DNA of 64,000 bases from Candidatus Cloacimonadales bacterium (GTDB taxonomy: Bacteria > Cloacimonadota > Cloacimonadia > Cloacimonadales > JAFGVF01). The DNA lies in contig OY782781.1 of NCBI GenBank assembly GCA_963678315.1, positions 2,048,001 to 2,112,000 of the forward strand. Reading direction: 5' to 3'. The notes under the pieces were generated by a model, which ran no database searches, was not told the DNA's origin, and saw only the letters and a list, made by a program, of their open reading frames with translations. A program made the translations under genes and the position numbers. This document shows, one piece after another, positions 51,126 to 60,386 of this stretch; the first letter of the stretch is position 1; each line of letters opens with the position of its first letter.

Positions 51126-52481
51126 CTATTTAGCAAATTTATTTAGTTTTAATTCAAAGAGGTCTTTAATTTCATTCATTCTTTCTTCTGTTTCTGCTTC
51201 ATATCTAAGTACTAAAACAGGAGTAGTATTAGAAGCTCTGCATAATCCCCAACCATCTTTAAATGTAACTCTTACACCATCGATATCTATCGCTTCATAG
51301 CCTTCAGCAATGAATTCATCTCTTATCTTATCAACAATAGCAAACTTCTTTTCTTCAGGAACACTAAAGTGAATTTCAGGAGTATTGAACATCTTAGGTT
51401 GGTCTTCTAAGAATCTGCTAACAGGAATATCAGTATTTGAAGCTATCTCAACAAATCTACAGCAAACATAAATTGCATCATCGAAGCCAAGATATCTGTC
51501 ACCTAAGAATACATGACCAGACATTTCACCACCAACTTTAATGCCACGGTTTTTCATTTCATTCTTAATGTTAGCATGACCTGTTTTATACATCACCGGT
51601 TTACCACCATGTTTAGCAATATCATCATAAAGGTTTTTAGAACACTTAACATCAGCAAGAACTGATTCACCAGGATTCTTGGCTAAGAAATCTCTTGCTA
51701 TGATATTCAAGATTTGATCTCCATATAACATGTTACCTTTTTCGTCAATAACACCTATTCTATCAGCATCACCGTCAAGACCAAGACCAATATCTGCACC
51801 AATCTCTTTAACTTTAGCAATAAGGTCTTGATTGTTCTTAAGAACAGTTGGATCTGGATGATGATTTGGGAAAGTTCCATCTGGCTCACAGTAAAGCTCA
51901 GTAACATCACAACCTAATTCTCTAAGAATACCAGGAAGGAATGGTCCACCAGCACCATTACCACCATCTACAACAACTTTTAAAGGTCTTTTTATATTAA
52001 TATTATCAACAACATATTTATGGTAAACAGGAACAACTTCTCTATCTTCTTTTACAGAACCATTACCAGAAGCAAATTCACCTTTTTCAACTATTGAATA
52101 AACGTCTTGAATTCCTTGACCATATACAGAAGCTAAACCTAAGTTAAGTTTAATGCCATTGTAGTTAGAAGGATTGTGACTAGCAGTTATCATTGTTCCT
52201 GCATCAACACCATAATGCCAAATAGCAAAATATAAAATAGGGGTTGCTACAAAACCAATATCTGTAACATCCATTCCGGTCTCCATTAGACCTTTTATGA
52301 ATGATGCTTTATATGATGGTGTTGTTAAACGAGCATCTCCACCAATAACGATACTCTTTTTATCTAAGTTTCTTAGGTAAGTACCGAAACCCTTACCGAT
52401 AAGATATAAGTTTTCTTCATTTAAATCTTGGTCTACTATTCCTCTAATGTCATATTGTCTAAAAATCTGCTTGTTTAACAT
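51126..52481 (-). CDS. Phosphomannomutase/phosphoglucomutase (AlgC-like)
   Basis: FRQYDIRG, TASHNP, DGDADR, GEMSGH, RASNT. Confidence 0.93.
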   Translation of the reverse strand: MLNKQIFRQYDIRGIVDQDLNEENLYLIGKGFGTYLRNLDKKSIVIGGDARLTTPSYKASFIKGLMETGMDVTDIGFVATPILYFAIWHYGVDAGTMITASHNPSNYNGIKLNLGLASVYGQGIQDVYSIVEKGEFASGNGSVKEDREVVPVYHKYVVDNINIKRPLKVVVDGGNGAGGPFLPGILRELGCDVTELYCEPDGTFPNHHPDPTVLKNNQDLIAKVKEIGADIGLGLDGDADRIGVIDEKGNMLYGDQILNIIARDFLAKNPGESVLADVKCSKNLYDDIAKHGGKPVMYKTGHANIKNEMKNRGIKVGGEMSGHVFLGDRYLGFDDAIYVCCRFVEIASNTDIPVSRFLEDQPKMFNTPEIHFSVPEEKKFAIVDKIRDEFIAEGYEAIDIDGVRVTFKDGWGLCRASNTTPVLVLRYEAETEERMNEIKDLFELKLNKFAK

Positions 52482-52493
52482 ATATCTTCTCCT

Positions 52494-53099
52494 CTACTGT
52501 AATTTAAAGTATTTTTCAATTTCTTCTTTTATTAAATTAAATGCTTTTGCTCTGTGACTAATAGTATTTTTATCTTCATTACTCATTTCAGAATAAGTTT
52601 GTTTTGCTTGTTCAACATAGAATATTGGGTCGTAACCAAAACCTGCCTCTCCCCTACATTCTAAGGTAATTCTACCTGGAACTATCCCTGTTGCTGTAGC
52701 TACTAAACCATTTGCATCAGCAAGGGCTACAACTGTTCTGAACTCAGCATATCTATCTTCTTTATCTTTCATCTCTAGTAACATTTTATCTCTGTTATCT
52801 TTATAAGAACACTCAGGACCTGCATACCTTGCTGAATAAACTCCTGGCCGCCAGTCAAGTGCTCTTACGAACAAGCCTGTATCATCAGCGACAGTTGGCT
52901 TACCTGTAAAGGCAGCTACTTCAACAGCTTTCTTGATTGCATTTTCTTCTATAGTGTCTTTATCTTCAATAACCTCAGGTACATCAGGAATATCTCTCAT
53001 TGATAAGATATTATAACCAATCATTATCTTTTCGATTTCAACAAGTTTATCTTTATTCTTTGTACCTACGAATATCTCTTTTATTTGCTTCTTTTCCAT
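52494..53099 (-). CDS. rdgB: Non-canonical purine NTP pyrophosphatase (Ham1/RdgB)
   Basis: TKNKDK, ENAIKKA, ADDTGL, PGVYSARY, GFGYDPIF, SHR. Confidence 0.92.
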   Translation of the reverse strand: MEKKQIKEIFVGTKNKDKLVEIEKIMIGYNILSMRDIPDVPEVIEDKDTIEENAIKKAVEVAAFTGKPTVADDTGLFVRALDWRPGVYSARYAGPECSYKDNRDKMLLEMKDKEDRYAEFRTVVALADANGLVATATGIVPGRITLECRGEAGFGYDPIFYVEQAKQTYSEMSNEDKNTISHRAKAFNLIKEEIEKYFKLQ

Positions 53100-53611
53100 A
53101 TCCAGTTCTTAACTTTCCTAAGTATGTTTTTATTAATCATTTGGTCTGTTTTCTCTAAAATTGTCTGTACTAATTCAATAATATTATCCTTTCCACTCCA
53201 GTTTTCCATAATTATGCTTTGATCTACATTGTTCATCAAATTGTCCAATGCATATATTGCAATACATAAATCATCTGTGTAGCCTATAACAGGAATAAAG
53301 TCAGGAATAAAATCTATTGGCGATATTAAGTAACCTATAACTGCACCTAAAAAGACTTTTTTAGAAGTTGGCACTCTTTTGTCAGCAATAAGTCTTGTTA
53401 GAAGAATGAATAAATCAGGTAATAAAACCAGATACTGAAAAACTTCATTACCAGGTTTTCCTCCTCTTTTTTTAGTCCATTTATCTAGTCTTTCCCTTAA
53501 GGTCTCGTAGAATTTAAGTTTCTTATCATCAAGTAGTTTTACTTCGTCAAATTGATTTTTATCAAATTCCGATTCTTCACAATGAATTACATCTTCTTCT
53601 GTCTTAGTCAT
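53081..53611 (-). CDS. YkvA/DUF1232 family membrane protein
   Basis: YLISPIDFIPDFIPVIGYTDD. Confidence 0.88.
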   Translation of the reverse strand: MTKTEEDVIHCEESEFDKNQFDEVKLLDDKKLKFYETLRERLDKWTKKRGGKPGNEVFQYLVLLPDLFILLTRLIADKRVPTSKKVFLGAVIGYLISPIDFIPDFIPVIGYTDDLCIAIYALDNLMNNVDQSIIMENWSGKDNIIELVQTILEKTDQMINKNILRKVKNWIWKRSK

Positions 53612-53619
53612 GATAAATC

Positions 53620-55428
53620 CTAAATTGATTTTAAGCTATTAGTAAGATTGATGATAGTTTCATCTTCTTCTAAATCTGAATGCCAGTGAGCATAATCGTC
53701 AATTATCTTTGAACCTCTAATAGAATCTTTCGATTTAGATTCTATTACACTGTCTAATATTTCATTAAACATTTTTTTATATTGCTTTCTAATGTCATCT
53801 TTTGCTAGCTCAGTTATCTCAAAGAATTCAACTAAGTTATCCAATAAATTGTTTGAGTTTTCCAGGTACATTTCTCTAAACAAGTAGTACTTTAAGTAAA
53901 AGTCATAAGTCTTAATTGCTTTTAGTCTATTTGACTCAGTTAAAATATTCTTCCCTATATCAAGGTTATCTCTATCAGTGTAGAATTCTTTTCCTGAAAG
54001 GGACTTCAGACTCTCAGAAGCTATAAATATTTTTTCCATAATTTCTTCTCTAAATATTCTAAAATCATATTCAGTTCTTTGAGCTCTATTTCTTTTGATA
54101 AACTTATCTTCATTTCTAAAAATCATATAGCTGTTGTCACTTAGAACCCAAGCAGGTAGAATCTCATTATAAGCAGGAGAAACATCTTGATATTGTTTGA
54201 ATGGAGTTGATATGAGAGAGAAAGGTAAATTAACTTTTTGCGGTAAAGTTGTTACGCCAGTTGCAATAATTGAGTATGGTGAGTTAGAATAGTTTGCTGG
54301 AAATTTAATATTACATCCTAATCCATAAAAGATTCCTTCTCCACATAAGTGTTCTTGGTCAGGAAGTTTAGAAGTGTGGTTTGAACCAATATTCGCACCA
54401 TAACCAACATTTCCTCTGCCATTGAACCAAAGTGAAGCAATTAGCATTGATTGATGATGGAATCCTACAAATGGACCTATAATTGAGGCTGTGATTTCAC
54501 CTTCACCAATAATAGAATTTGGTCCTATGATACTCTCATTTACCTTGGCATGTCTTTCTACTCCTGAATGTTCTGTAAGAAGTGATTTGGACACAATTGC
54601 ACCTGTTTTAACTTTAACCCCCCATTGACATAAAGCAGTATCTAGTATAACTCCATCACTAATTGATGTAGTTTCTTCTTTGCTTGAAAGTATAGTTGAG
54701 TCTTTAATCAAAGTCGTATTATCTATTACAGCATAACTACCAATCATTGAATTAGTTACTTTCATATTATTTGTAACTTTTGCATTTGTACAGATAATTC
54801 CGTAATCTGACTCAACATTATCTACATAGCTGTCAATTAATTGATTATATTTTTCATAACAATCTTTTTCTCTATTGCCTGTAATCAGTTCATTTAAATT
54901 ATTCAGATCTTGTTCAGCATAAAGAATCAAGTCTCTACCACCTACTTCAGAACCTACAGAAATCTGACAACCATTACCAAATTTAGTCTTTTTATTAGCG
55001 TAAATAATGTTATTTCCAAAGACAATAGCATTTTCACTAATATAGTATCTTGAAATTAACTTATTATTTCTAACTAAGGCATTGGAATCTATATAAACAT
55101 CGTTTAAGTATGAATTATAGATACCATTGTTCATTTTAAGTCCCGGGTAAATCTCTATTTCTTTACCAGAGTACTTTCCTAAAAAGATTAATCCCTCAAA
55201 AGTATTGTTAAAAATAAATCCAGTATCGAAATCAGGTTCTACATAAACAGAAGTCCAATCAGAACAAGTGTTTCCTTGATTGCTAAGTCTGCTAACTTCG
55301 CTTTTAGTTATTGGTCTAACAATTTTAACGAGTTCGTTTTGGCTAAGATTTTTTGTACCAATCTCTTCTATTAGATTAGGGAGATAGTACTTTGTTCTAA
55401 AATTGTTTATTAGATTTTGTATATTCAT
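53620..55428 (-). CDS. DUF4954-like protein with left-handed beta-helix repeats
   Basis: QGNTCSDW N-terminus, hexapeptide-like I/V repeats, GPFVGFHHQSMLIA, GANIGSNHT. Confidence 0.7.
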   Translation of the reverse strand: MNIQNLINNFRTKYYLPNLIEEIGTKNLSQNELVKIVRPITKSEVSRLSNQGNTCSDWTSVYVEPDFDTGFIFNNTFEGLIFLGKYSGKEIEIYPGLKMNNGIYNSYLNDVYIDSNALVRNNKLISRYYISENAIVFGNNIIYANKKTKFGNGCQISVGSEVGGRDLILYAEQDLNNLNELITGNREKDCYEKYNQLIDSYVDNVESDYGIICTNAKVTNNMKVTNSMIGSYAVIDNTTLIKDSTILSSKEETTSISDGVILDTALCQWGVKVKTGAIVSKSLLTEHSGVERHAKVNESIIGPNSIIGEGEITASIIGPFVGFHHQSMLIASLWFNGRGNVGYGANIGSNHTSKLPDQEHLCGEGIFYGLGCNIKFPANYSNSPYSIIATGVTTLPQKVNLPFSLISTPFKQYQDVSPAYNEILPAWVLSDNSYMIFRNEDKFIKRNRAQRTEYDFRIFREEIMEKIFIASESLKSLSGKEFYTDRDNLDIGKNILTESNRLKAIKTYDFYLKYYLFREMYLENSNNLLDNLVEFFEITELAKDDIRKQYKKMFNEILDSVIESKSKDSIRGSKIIDDYAHWHSDLEEDETIINLTNSLKSI

Positions 55429-55452
55429 AGTTAATTAAACCTCATCTAGTTA

Positions 55453-55839
55453 TTATAATGGCTGGAAGAATTCGATAATATTACCTTCAGGATCACTTAT
55501 ATGCAACGTTTTCAATCCCCAATCAGGTCTTTCAGTTATATCAACAAGTATTGTTATTCTTTTGTTTAACAAATTAGCTTTTAATTGTATTAAATTATCA
55601 ACCTCAATGATGAACATTGTATTTTGTCTATCTGTATTAATGTTGTTAGAAGACAAGCCCATAGCTTGATATTGTAACTGCTTTTTAAACATTCCAATAG
55701 AATATCCAGTACTAGTTTTAAATGAAGCATAGTTGTCTTTACTATCACCAAAAACAGGAGTAAGCCCAAGAATATCCTTATAAAATAAGTAACAATCTTC
55801 AAAATTATTAACTAATAGTCGTATATTATCAAATTTCAT
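55453..55839 (-). CDS. VOC/glyoxalase family protein
   Basis: IRLLV...FYKDILGL, DWGLKTLHISDPEGNIIEF; ATG 55839 with GAGGA. Confidence 0.85.
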   Translation of the reverse strand: MKFDNIRLLVNNFEDCYLFYKDILGLTPVFGDSKDNYASFKTSTGYSIGMFKKQLQYQAMGLSSNNINTDRQNTMFIIEVDNLIQLKANLLNKRITILVDITERPDWGLKTLHISDPEGNIIEFFQPL

Positions 55840-55932
55840 ATAATCCTCATAAAAGTCATTATTCATAGTAAACAGTCTAATGTTTTTCTGTCTAGATATA
55901 AATTAATAAAATTTCTTAAGATTATATATTAT

Positions 55933-55969
55933 AAAAAAAACGCTCCCTCATTTATCATGAAGAAGCGTT
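55933..55969 (-). terminator. Probable terminator after valS
   Basis: Minus strand AACGCTTC...GGAGCGTT followed by a T-run. Confidence 0.6.
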
Positions 55970-56026
55970 GAATGTATCATATAATTTACATTAAATCATA
56001 TTAATAAGGTTAAATAATTCAATTAA

Positions 56027-58678
56027 TTAACCAAGATTATTGTATAGCTCTTTAGTAGTATCAAGTTTAGCTTTTACTTCATCATATTTGCTTTTTTCTT
56101 TTTCTATAACTTCTGCTTTTGCATTCGCTAAGAATTTTTCATTCTTTAGCTTTCTATCAATTCCAGAAAACTCTTTTTCTAATTTCTGTAATTTTTTAGC
56201 AAGTTTTTCTTTCTCTTTGTCTATATCTACAAGACCATTCAACGGTAGGTAGATTTCAATATTCCTTACAACTGAAGCAATAGCTCCAGAAAGCTTGTCT
56301 CCATTGATATTAACACTTAGTTCTGTTACTTTAGCTAGCTTTGAGAAGTAGTTTTGATAATCTTCCATCAGCTGCTTTTGTTCTTTATCAGCAACATTCA
56401 TAGTTATAGAAATATCAAGTGCCGGAGAAAGGTTAACTTGTTTTCTAAGATTTCTGATAGCAGTAATGGTTTCTTGAACAAATTCCATATTATCATTAAT
56501 AGAACTATCAATAAATGTATCATTAACTTCAGGGAATTTAGCAATAATCAAGGCTTTTTCATCCATCGGGAAATACTCTTTAGTAATTTGCCATACTTCT
56601 TCTGTGATAAATGGCATTAATGGATGTAAAAGTCTCATTGAGCTTTGCAATACATCAAGAAGAATATATTTGGCAGATAACTGAGCTTCTTTGTTGTTAT
56701 CATCATAGATTCTATCTTTTGAGAGCTCAATATACCAAGAACAGAATTCATTCCAAATGAACTGCATTAGTGATTGAGCTGCATCATTAAGTTTAAGATT
56801 TTCATAATGTTCCGTAACTTCTTTAATAACTTGGTTCAATCTAGAATATATCCATTTGTCTGCTAATTCAAGCTTAAGTTCTTCTTGCTTAGGAAGTCCT
56901 TCAATTTTTTCAACATTCATCATGATATATCTAAATGCATTCCAAATTTTGTTAGCAAAGTTTCTTCCTGTTTCTAAGACTGAATCAGAATAGTAACTAT
57001 CTTGACCTTTAGGTGTGTTAAAAATCATACCAAATCTTAAAGCGTCAGCACCAACTTCTTCGATAATATGAATTGGGTCAGGTGAATTGCCTAATGATTT
57101 AGACATCTTTCTACCAATACCATCTCTTACTATGCCATGTAGAAGAACAGTATCAAACGGTATTTTTCCTTTGAATTCAAGTGTAGCCATAATCATTCTA
57201 GCCACCCATAAATAGATAATTTCTGGTGCAGTAACCAAGAGATTTGTCGGTAGGAAATAATCTTGCTCTTTAGTTTCTTCTGGCCAACCCATGGTTGAGA
57301 AAGGCCATAACCAAGATGAGAACCATGTATCAAGAACATCTTCTTCTTGTCTGATATTACTACTTCCACATTTTGAACAAGTTGTTACATCATCTTTAGA
57401 AACATGTATTTCTCCACAATCATCACAATAATATGCTGGGATTCTGTGCCCCCACCAGATTTGTCTTGAGATACACCAATCTCTTACATTTTCCATCCAG
57501 TGCATATAAACTTTTGTCCATCTTTCTGGTTGGAACTTTATCTCTCCACTTCTAACTGCTTCAATTGCTGGCTCAGCAAGTTCTTTCATACTTACAAACC
57601 ATTGGTCAGATAAGTAAGGTTCAATTACTGTATCACATCTATAGCAATGACCAACTGCATGGTCGTGACCTTCAGCTTTAATCAGCAAGCCGTCATCTTC
57701 TAGCATTTTAAGAAGTTTTTTTCTACATTCGTATCTATCCAAGCCTTGGAATTCTTTGCCTGCAGTTTCGTTCATTACACCATGTTCATCAATAACTAGT
57801 ATTCTTTCGAGGTCATGTCTGTTCCCAACTTCAAAATCATTAGGATCATGAGCTGGTGTTATTTTAACACAACCAGAACCAAAATCTTTATCAACATAGT
57901 CATCAGCAATAACTGGTATTTTTCTATTTGTATATGGTAAAATCAGTTCTTTACCAATCAATTCTTGATATCTTTCATCTTTAGGATTAACAGCAACAGC
58001 AACATCGCCTAACATTGTTTCTGGTCTAGTAGTTGCAATTTCAATAAATCCTTCACCTTCAGCATAAGGGTATTTGATATGCCATAAGTGGCCTTTTTCA
58101 TCAGTGTGTTCAACTTCATCATTTGCAAGAGCAGTAACACATCTAGGACACCAGTTAATGATTCTTTTGCCTCTGTAAATTAATCCCTTTTCATAGAGGT
58201 GAACAAAAGTTTCTTTAACGGCTTCAGAAAGACCTTCATCCATTGTGAATCTTTCTCTTGTCCAATCACATGAGCAACCTAAGGTTTTAAGTTGTTCAAT
58301 GATTCTTCCACCCTTTTCTTTTTTAAATTCCCAAATTCTGTCGATAAGAGCTTCACGTCCAATTTTATGTCGATTAGTTCCTTCTTTTTTTAGTTCTTTT
58401 TCTACTACATTTTGAGTAGCAATACCTGCATGGTCAGTTCCAGGAATCCAGAGAGTTGGTATCCCAGTCATTCTTTTATACCTTATTACAACATCCTGAA
58501 TTGTATTATTAAGAACGTGTCCCATGTGAAGAATACCAGTAACATTAGGAGGTGGAATTACTATTGAGAAGGGTTCAACATTCTCGTCCATTTCTGGGGT
58601 AAAGTAACCTTTTTCAGTCCATTCATTATACCATTTCTTTTCAATTTGAGACGGGTCATATATTTTATTAATTTCCAT
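56027..58678 (-). CDS. valS: Valine-tRNA ligase
   Basis: PPPNVTGILHMGH, DWCISRQIWWGH, KMSKS, C-terminal coiled coil. Confidence 0.97.
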   Translation of the reverse strand: MEINKIYDPSQIEKKWYNEWTEKGYFTPEMDENVEPFSIVIPPPNVTGILHMGHVLNNTIQDVVIRYKRMTGIPTLWIPGTDHAGIATQNVVEKELKKEGTNRHKIGREALIDRIWEFKKEKGGRIIEQLKTLGCSCDWTRERFTMDEGLSEAVKETFVHLYEKGLIYRGKRIINWCPRCVTALANDEVEHTDEKGHLWHIKYPYAEGEGFIEIATTRPETMLGDVAVAVNPKDERYQELIGKELILPYTNRKIPVIADDYVDKDFGSGCVKITPAHDPNDFEVGNRHDLERILVIDEHGVMNETAGKEFQGLDRYECRKKLLKMLEDDGLLIKAEGHDHAVGHCYRCDTVIEPYLSDQWFVSMKELAEPAIEAVRSGEIKFQPERWTKVYMHWMENVRDWCISRQIWWGHRIPAYYCDDCGEIHVSKDDVTTCSKCGSSNIRQEEDVLDTWFSSWLWPFSTMGWPEETKEQDYFLPTNLLVTAPEIIYLWVARMIMATLEFKGKIPFDTVLLHGIVRDGIGRKMSKSLGNSPDPIHIIEEVGADALRFGMIFNTPKGQDSYYSDSVLETGRNFANKIWNAFRYIMMNVEKIEGLPKQEELKLELADKWIYSRLNQVIKEVTEHYENLKLNDAAQSLMQFIWNEFCSWYIELSKDRIYDDNNKEAQLSAKYILLDVLQSSMRLLHPLMPFITEEVWQITKEYFPMDEKALIIAKFPEVNDTFIDSSINDNMEFVQETITAIRNLRKQVNLSPALDISITMNVADKEQKQLMEDYQNYFSKLAKVTELSVNINGDKLSGAIASVVRNIEIYLPLNGLVDIDKEKEKLAKKLQKLEKEFSGIDRKLKNEKFLANAKAEVIEKEKSKYDEVKAKLDTTKELYNNLG

Positions 58679-58693
58679 GATTTTTCCTTTTTA

Positions 58694-59218
58694 TTATTTT
58701 CTTGCTTCTAATACCATATTTAAGTAGTAATTCTGTGATATAAAAGGCAATTGACCAATATCTTTTAGTGAGACATATCTTGCTTCAAGAGCATCATCAC
58801 CTGCTTGAAGCTTACCTCCAACCACTTTCATTAAAAAGCCAAAGGAAACGACTTTTTCATAAAATGGGTTTGGACTCATTTTAAAATCGATAAAACTTTC
58901 AACTTCCCCATCAAGTCCAGTTTCTTCTTTCATTTCAGCAATTGCAGCACTTTCAGGGGTTTGATCTATTTCCATGTAACCGCTCGGGAAAGCCCATTGA
59001 CCTTCAGCAGGAGGGAATTTTCTTTTAATTAATACAACTTCATCATTATCATTGATTATTATACAACAAACTACTGGTATAGGATTTTTGTAAAATATCC
59101 AATCACACTCAGTACAATGAGGTCTTGTTTTTCCTTCTCTATCGGTTCTAATTTCTAATTTTGCACCACATTTAATACAATAATTGATGCCTTTATATCT
59201 TTCTTCTGGTATTATCAC
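58694..59218 (-). CDS. NUDIX hydrolase with N-terminal zinc ribbon
   Basis: YCIKCG...CTEC...YKNP; GYMEIDQTPESAAIAEMKEETG Nudix box. Confidence 0.88.
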   Translation of the reverse strand: MIIPEERYKGINYCIKCGAKLEIRTDREGKTRPHCTECDWIFYKNPIPVVCCIIINDNDEVVLIKRKFPPAEGQWAFPSGYMEIDQTPESAAIAEMKEETGLDGEVESFIDFKMSPNPFYEKVVSFGFLMKVVGGKLQAGDDALEARYVSLKDIGQLPFISQNYYLNMVLEARK

Positions 59219-59290
59219 TTTTTTCTCCTAATAAATCAAGCTAACCTTTATATTTATCACTTATATGTCAAGAATTATCATCTTTGAGGT

Positions 59291-59486
59291 AACCTATCTA
59301 GTGCAGTAGGCTTCTCGTGAAGGGTGCAGATTATTTAAGCAAAATAAGTTACAGAATCGAAGTTTGAATAATATATATTCTAGCTGAGATTATGGAAGTT
59401 ATTCTTGCCATAAGTCTTCGCTAAAGCTACGCCGTCACAAGAATAATATAGCACTATTCTAGAAGTTCTACTGTATTAGATGGGTT
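59291..59486 (+). other. ~196-nt fold-back element (candidate structured ncRNA or MITE)
   Basis: 59291-59309 pairs with 59468-59486 (16 Watson-Crick + 3 G-U); pairing continues inward; internal hairpin near 59381-59423. Confidence 0.5.
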
Positions 59487-59496
59487 TAACTCCTTC

Positions 59497-59545
59497 CTTA
59501 CTAGTCTCTTTGAAAAATTGGCTTTTTTTCAAGGAGGTCAGTAAT
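59497..59545. repeat. Dispersed ~50-bp palindromic element, copy 5 (TGAA subtype)
   Basis: CTTACTAGTCTCTTTGAAAAATTGGCTTTTTTTCAAGGAGGTCAGTAAT. Confidence 0.8.
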
Positions 59546-59612
59546 ACAGGCATAAAAATGCTTTAAACTCGAATAAAGTAATAAGATTTGAAAATAGATT
59601 TAAATTCAAGAA

Positions 59613-60386
59613 TTAACTTAAAAAAATATCCCAGAAAACTTTTAAAAAAAGTAGAATTAGCACTGCTATAAAAACTGGCCGAATAAATTTATTACCGTTT
59701 TTTATAACTAAGTGAGAACCTGTGTAGTTACCTAGAATACCACAAATAGCAGCCGGAATAGCAATATCATAAGCAATTTTGCCATTTAGCATATAAGTAA
59801 TAACAGCAGCGAGATTTGAGGCAAGGTTTACAACTTTTGCATTGGCATTTGCTACAACAAAGTCATAGTTCAAAATTGATGTATAAACAAGAATTAGAAA
59901 AGCTCCTGTTCCTGGTCCGAAGAATCCATCATAGAAACCTATAAGTAACCCAGCTAGAATTGCAGTAATAACTTTCTTTTGGAAACTGATAGAAAGAGAC
60001 TTATTTTTGTTTCCAATCTTTTTATTTGTTAAAAGAGTAACTGCTATTATTGGTAAGGCAATCATCAGCAAATAATTTAAAAAATAAGGGTCGAGAAATA
60101 GCACTGTTTTTGTTCCAAGGAAAGAACCAATTAAGGCAAAAAAAGCACTTAAAACGGCAATTTTAGTATCAATAATTCCATGTTTAAAGTATCTTGTGGT
60201 TGTAAGAATTGTTCCAGAACAAGAAGAGAACTTATTGTTTCCGAGGGCAAAATGAGGGGGTAAACCAGCAGCTAAATATGCAGGAATAGATATTAGACCT
60301 CCGCCGCCAGCCATAGAATCCACTAAGCCTGCAAAGAAGATTGCAGGGAAAATAATATATAAACCGTAAGAATTTATAAGCTCCAT
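59613..60386 (-). CDS. TSUP (TauE/SafE) family transporter
   Basis: AGLVDSMAGGGGLI, IGFYDGFFGPGTGAF, AKVVNLASN. Confidence 0.92.
   Translation of the reverse strand: MELINSYGLYIIFPAIFFAGLVDSMAGGGGLISIPAYLAAGLPPHFALGNNKFSSCSGTILTTTRYFKHGIIDTKIAVLSAFFALIGSFLGTKTVLFLDPYFLNYLLMIALPIIAVTLLTNKKIGNKNKSLSISFQKKVITAILAGLLIGFYDGFFGPGTGAFLILVYTSILNYDFVVANANAKVVNLASNLAAVITYMLNGKIAYDIAIPAAICGILGNYTGSHLVIKNGNKFIRPVFIAVLILLFLKVFWDIFLS

Noticed and set aside
58679..59290. T-box leader for valS
   Set aside because: valS is 15 bp downstream of the NUDIX gene, and I see no T-box consensus upstream.
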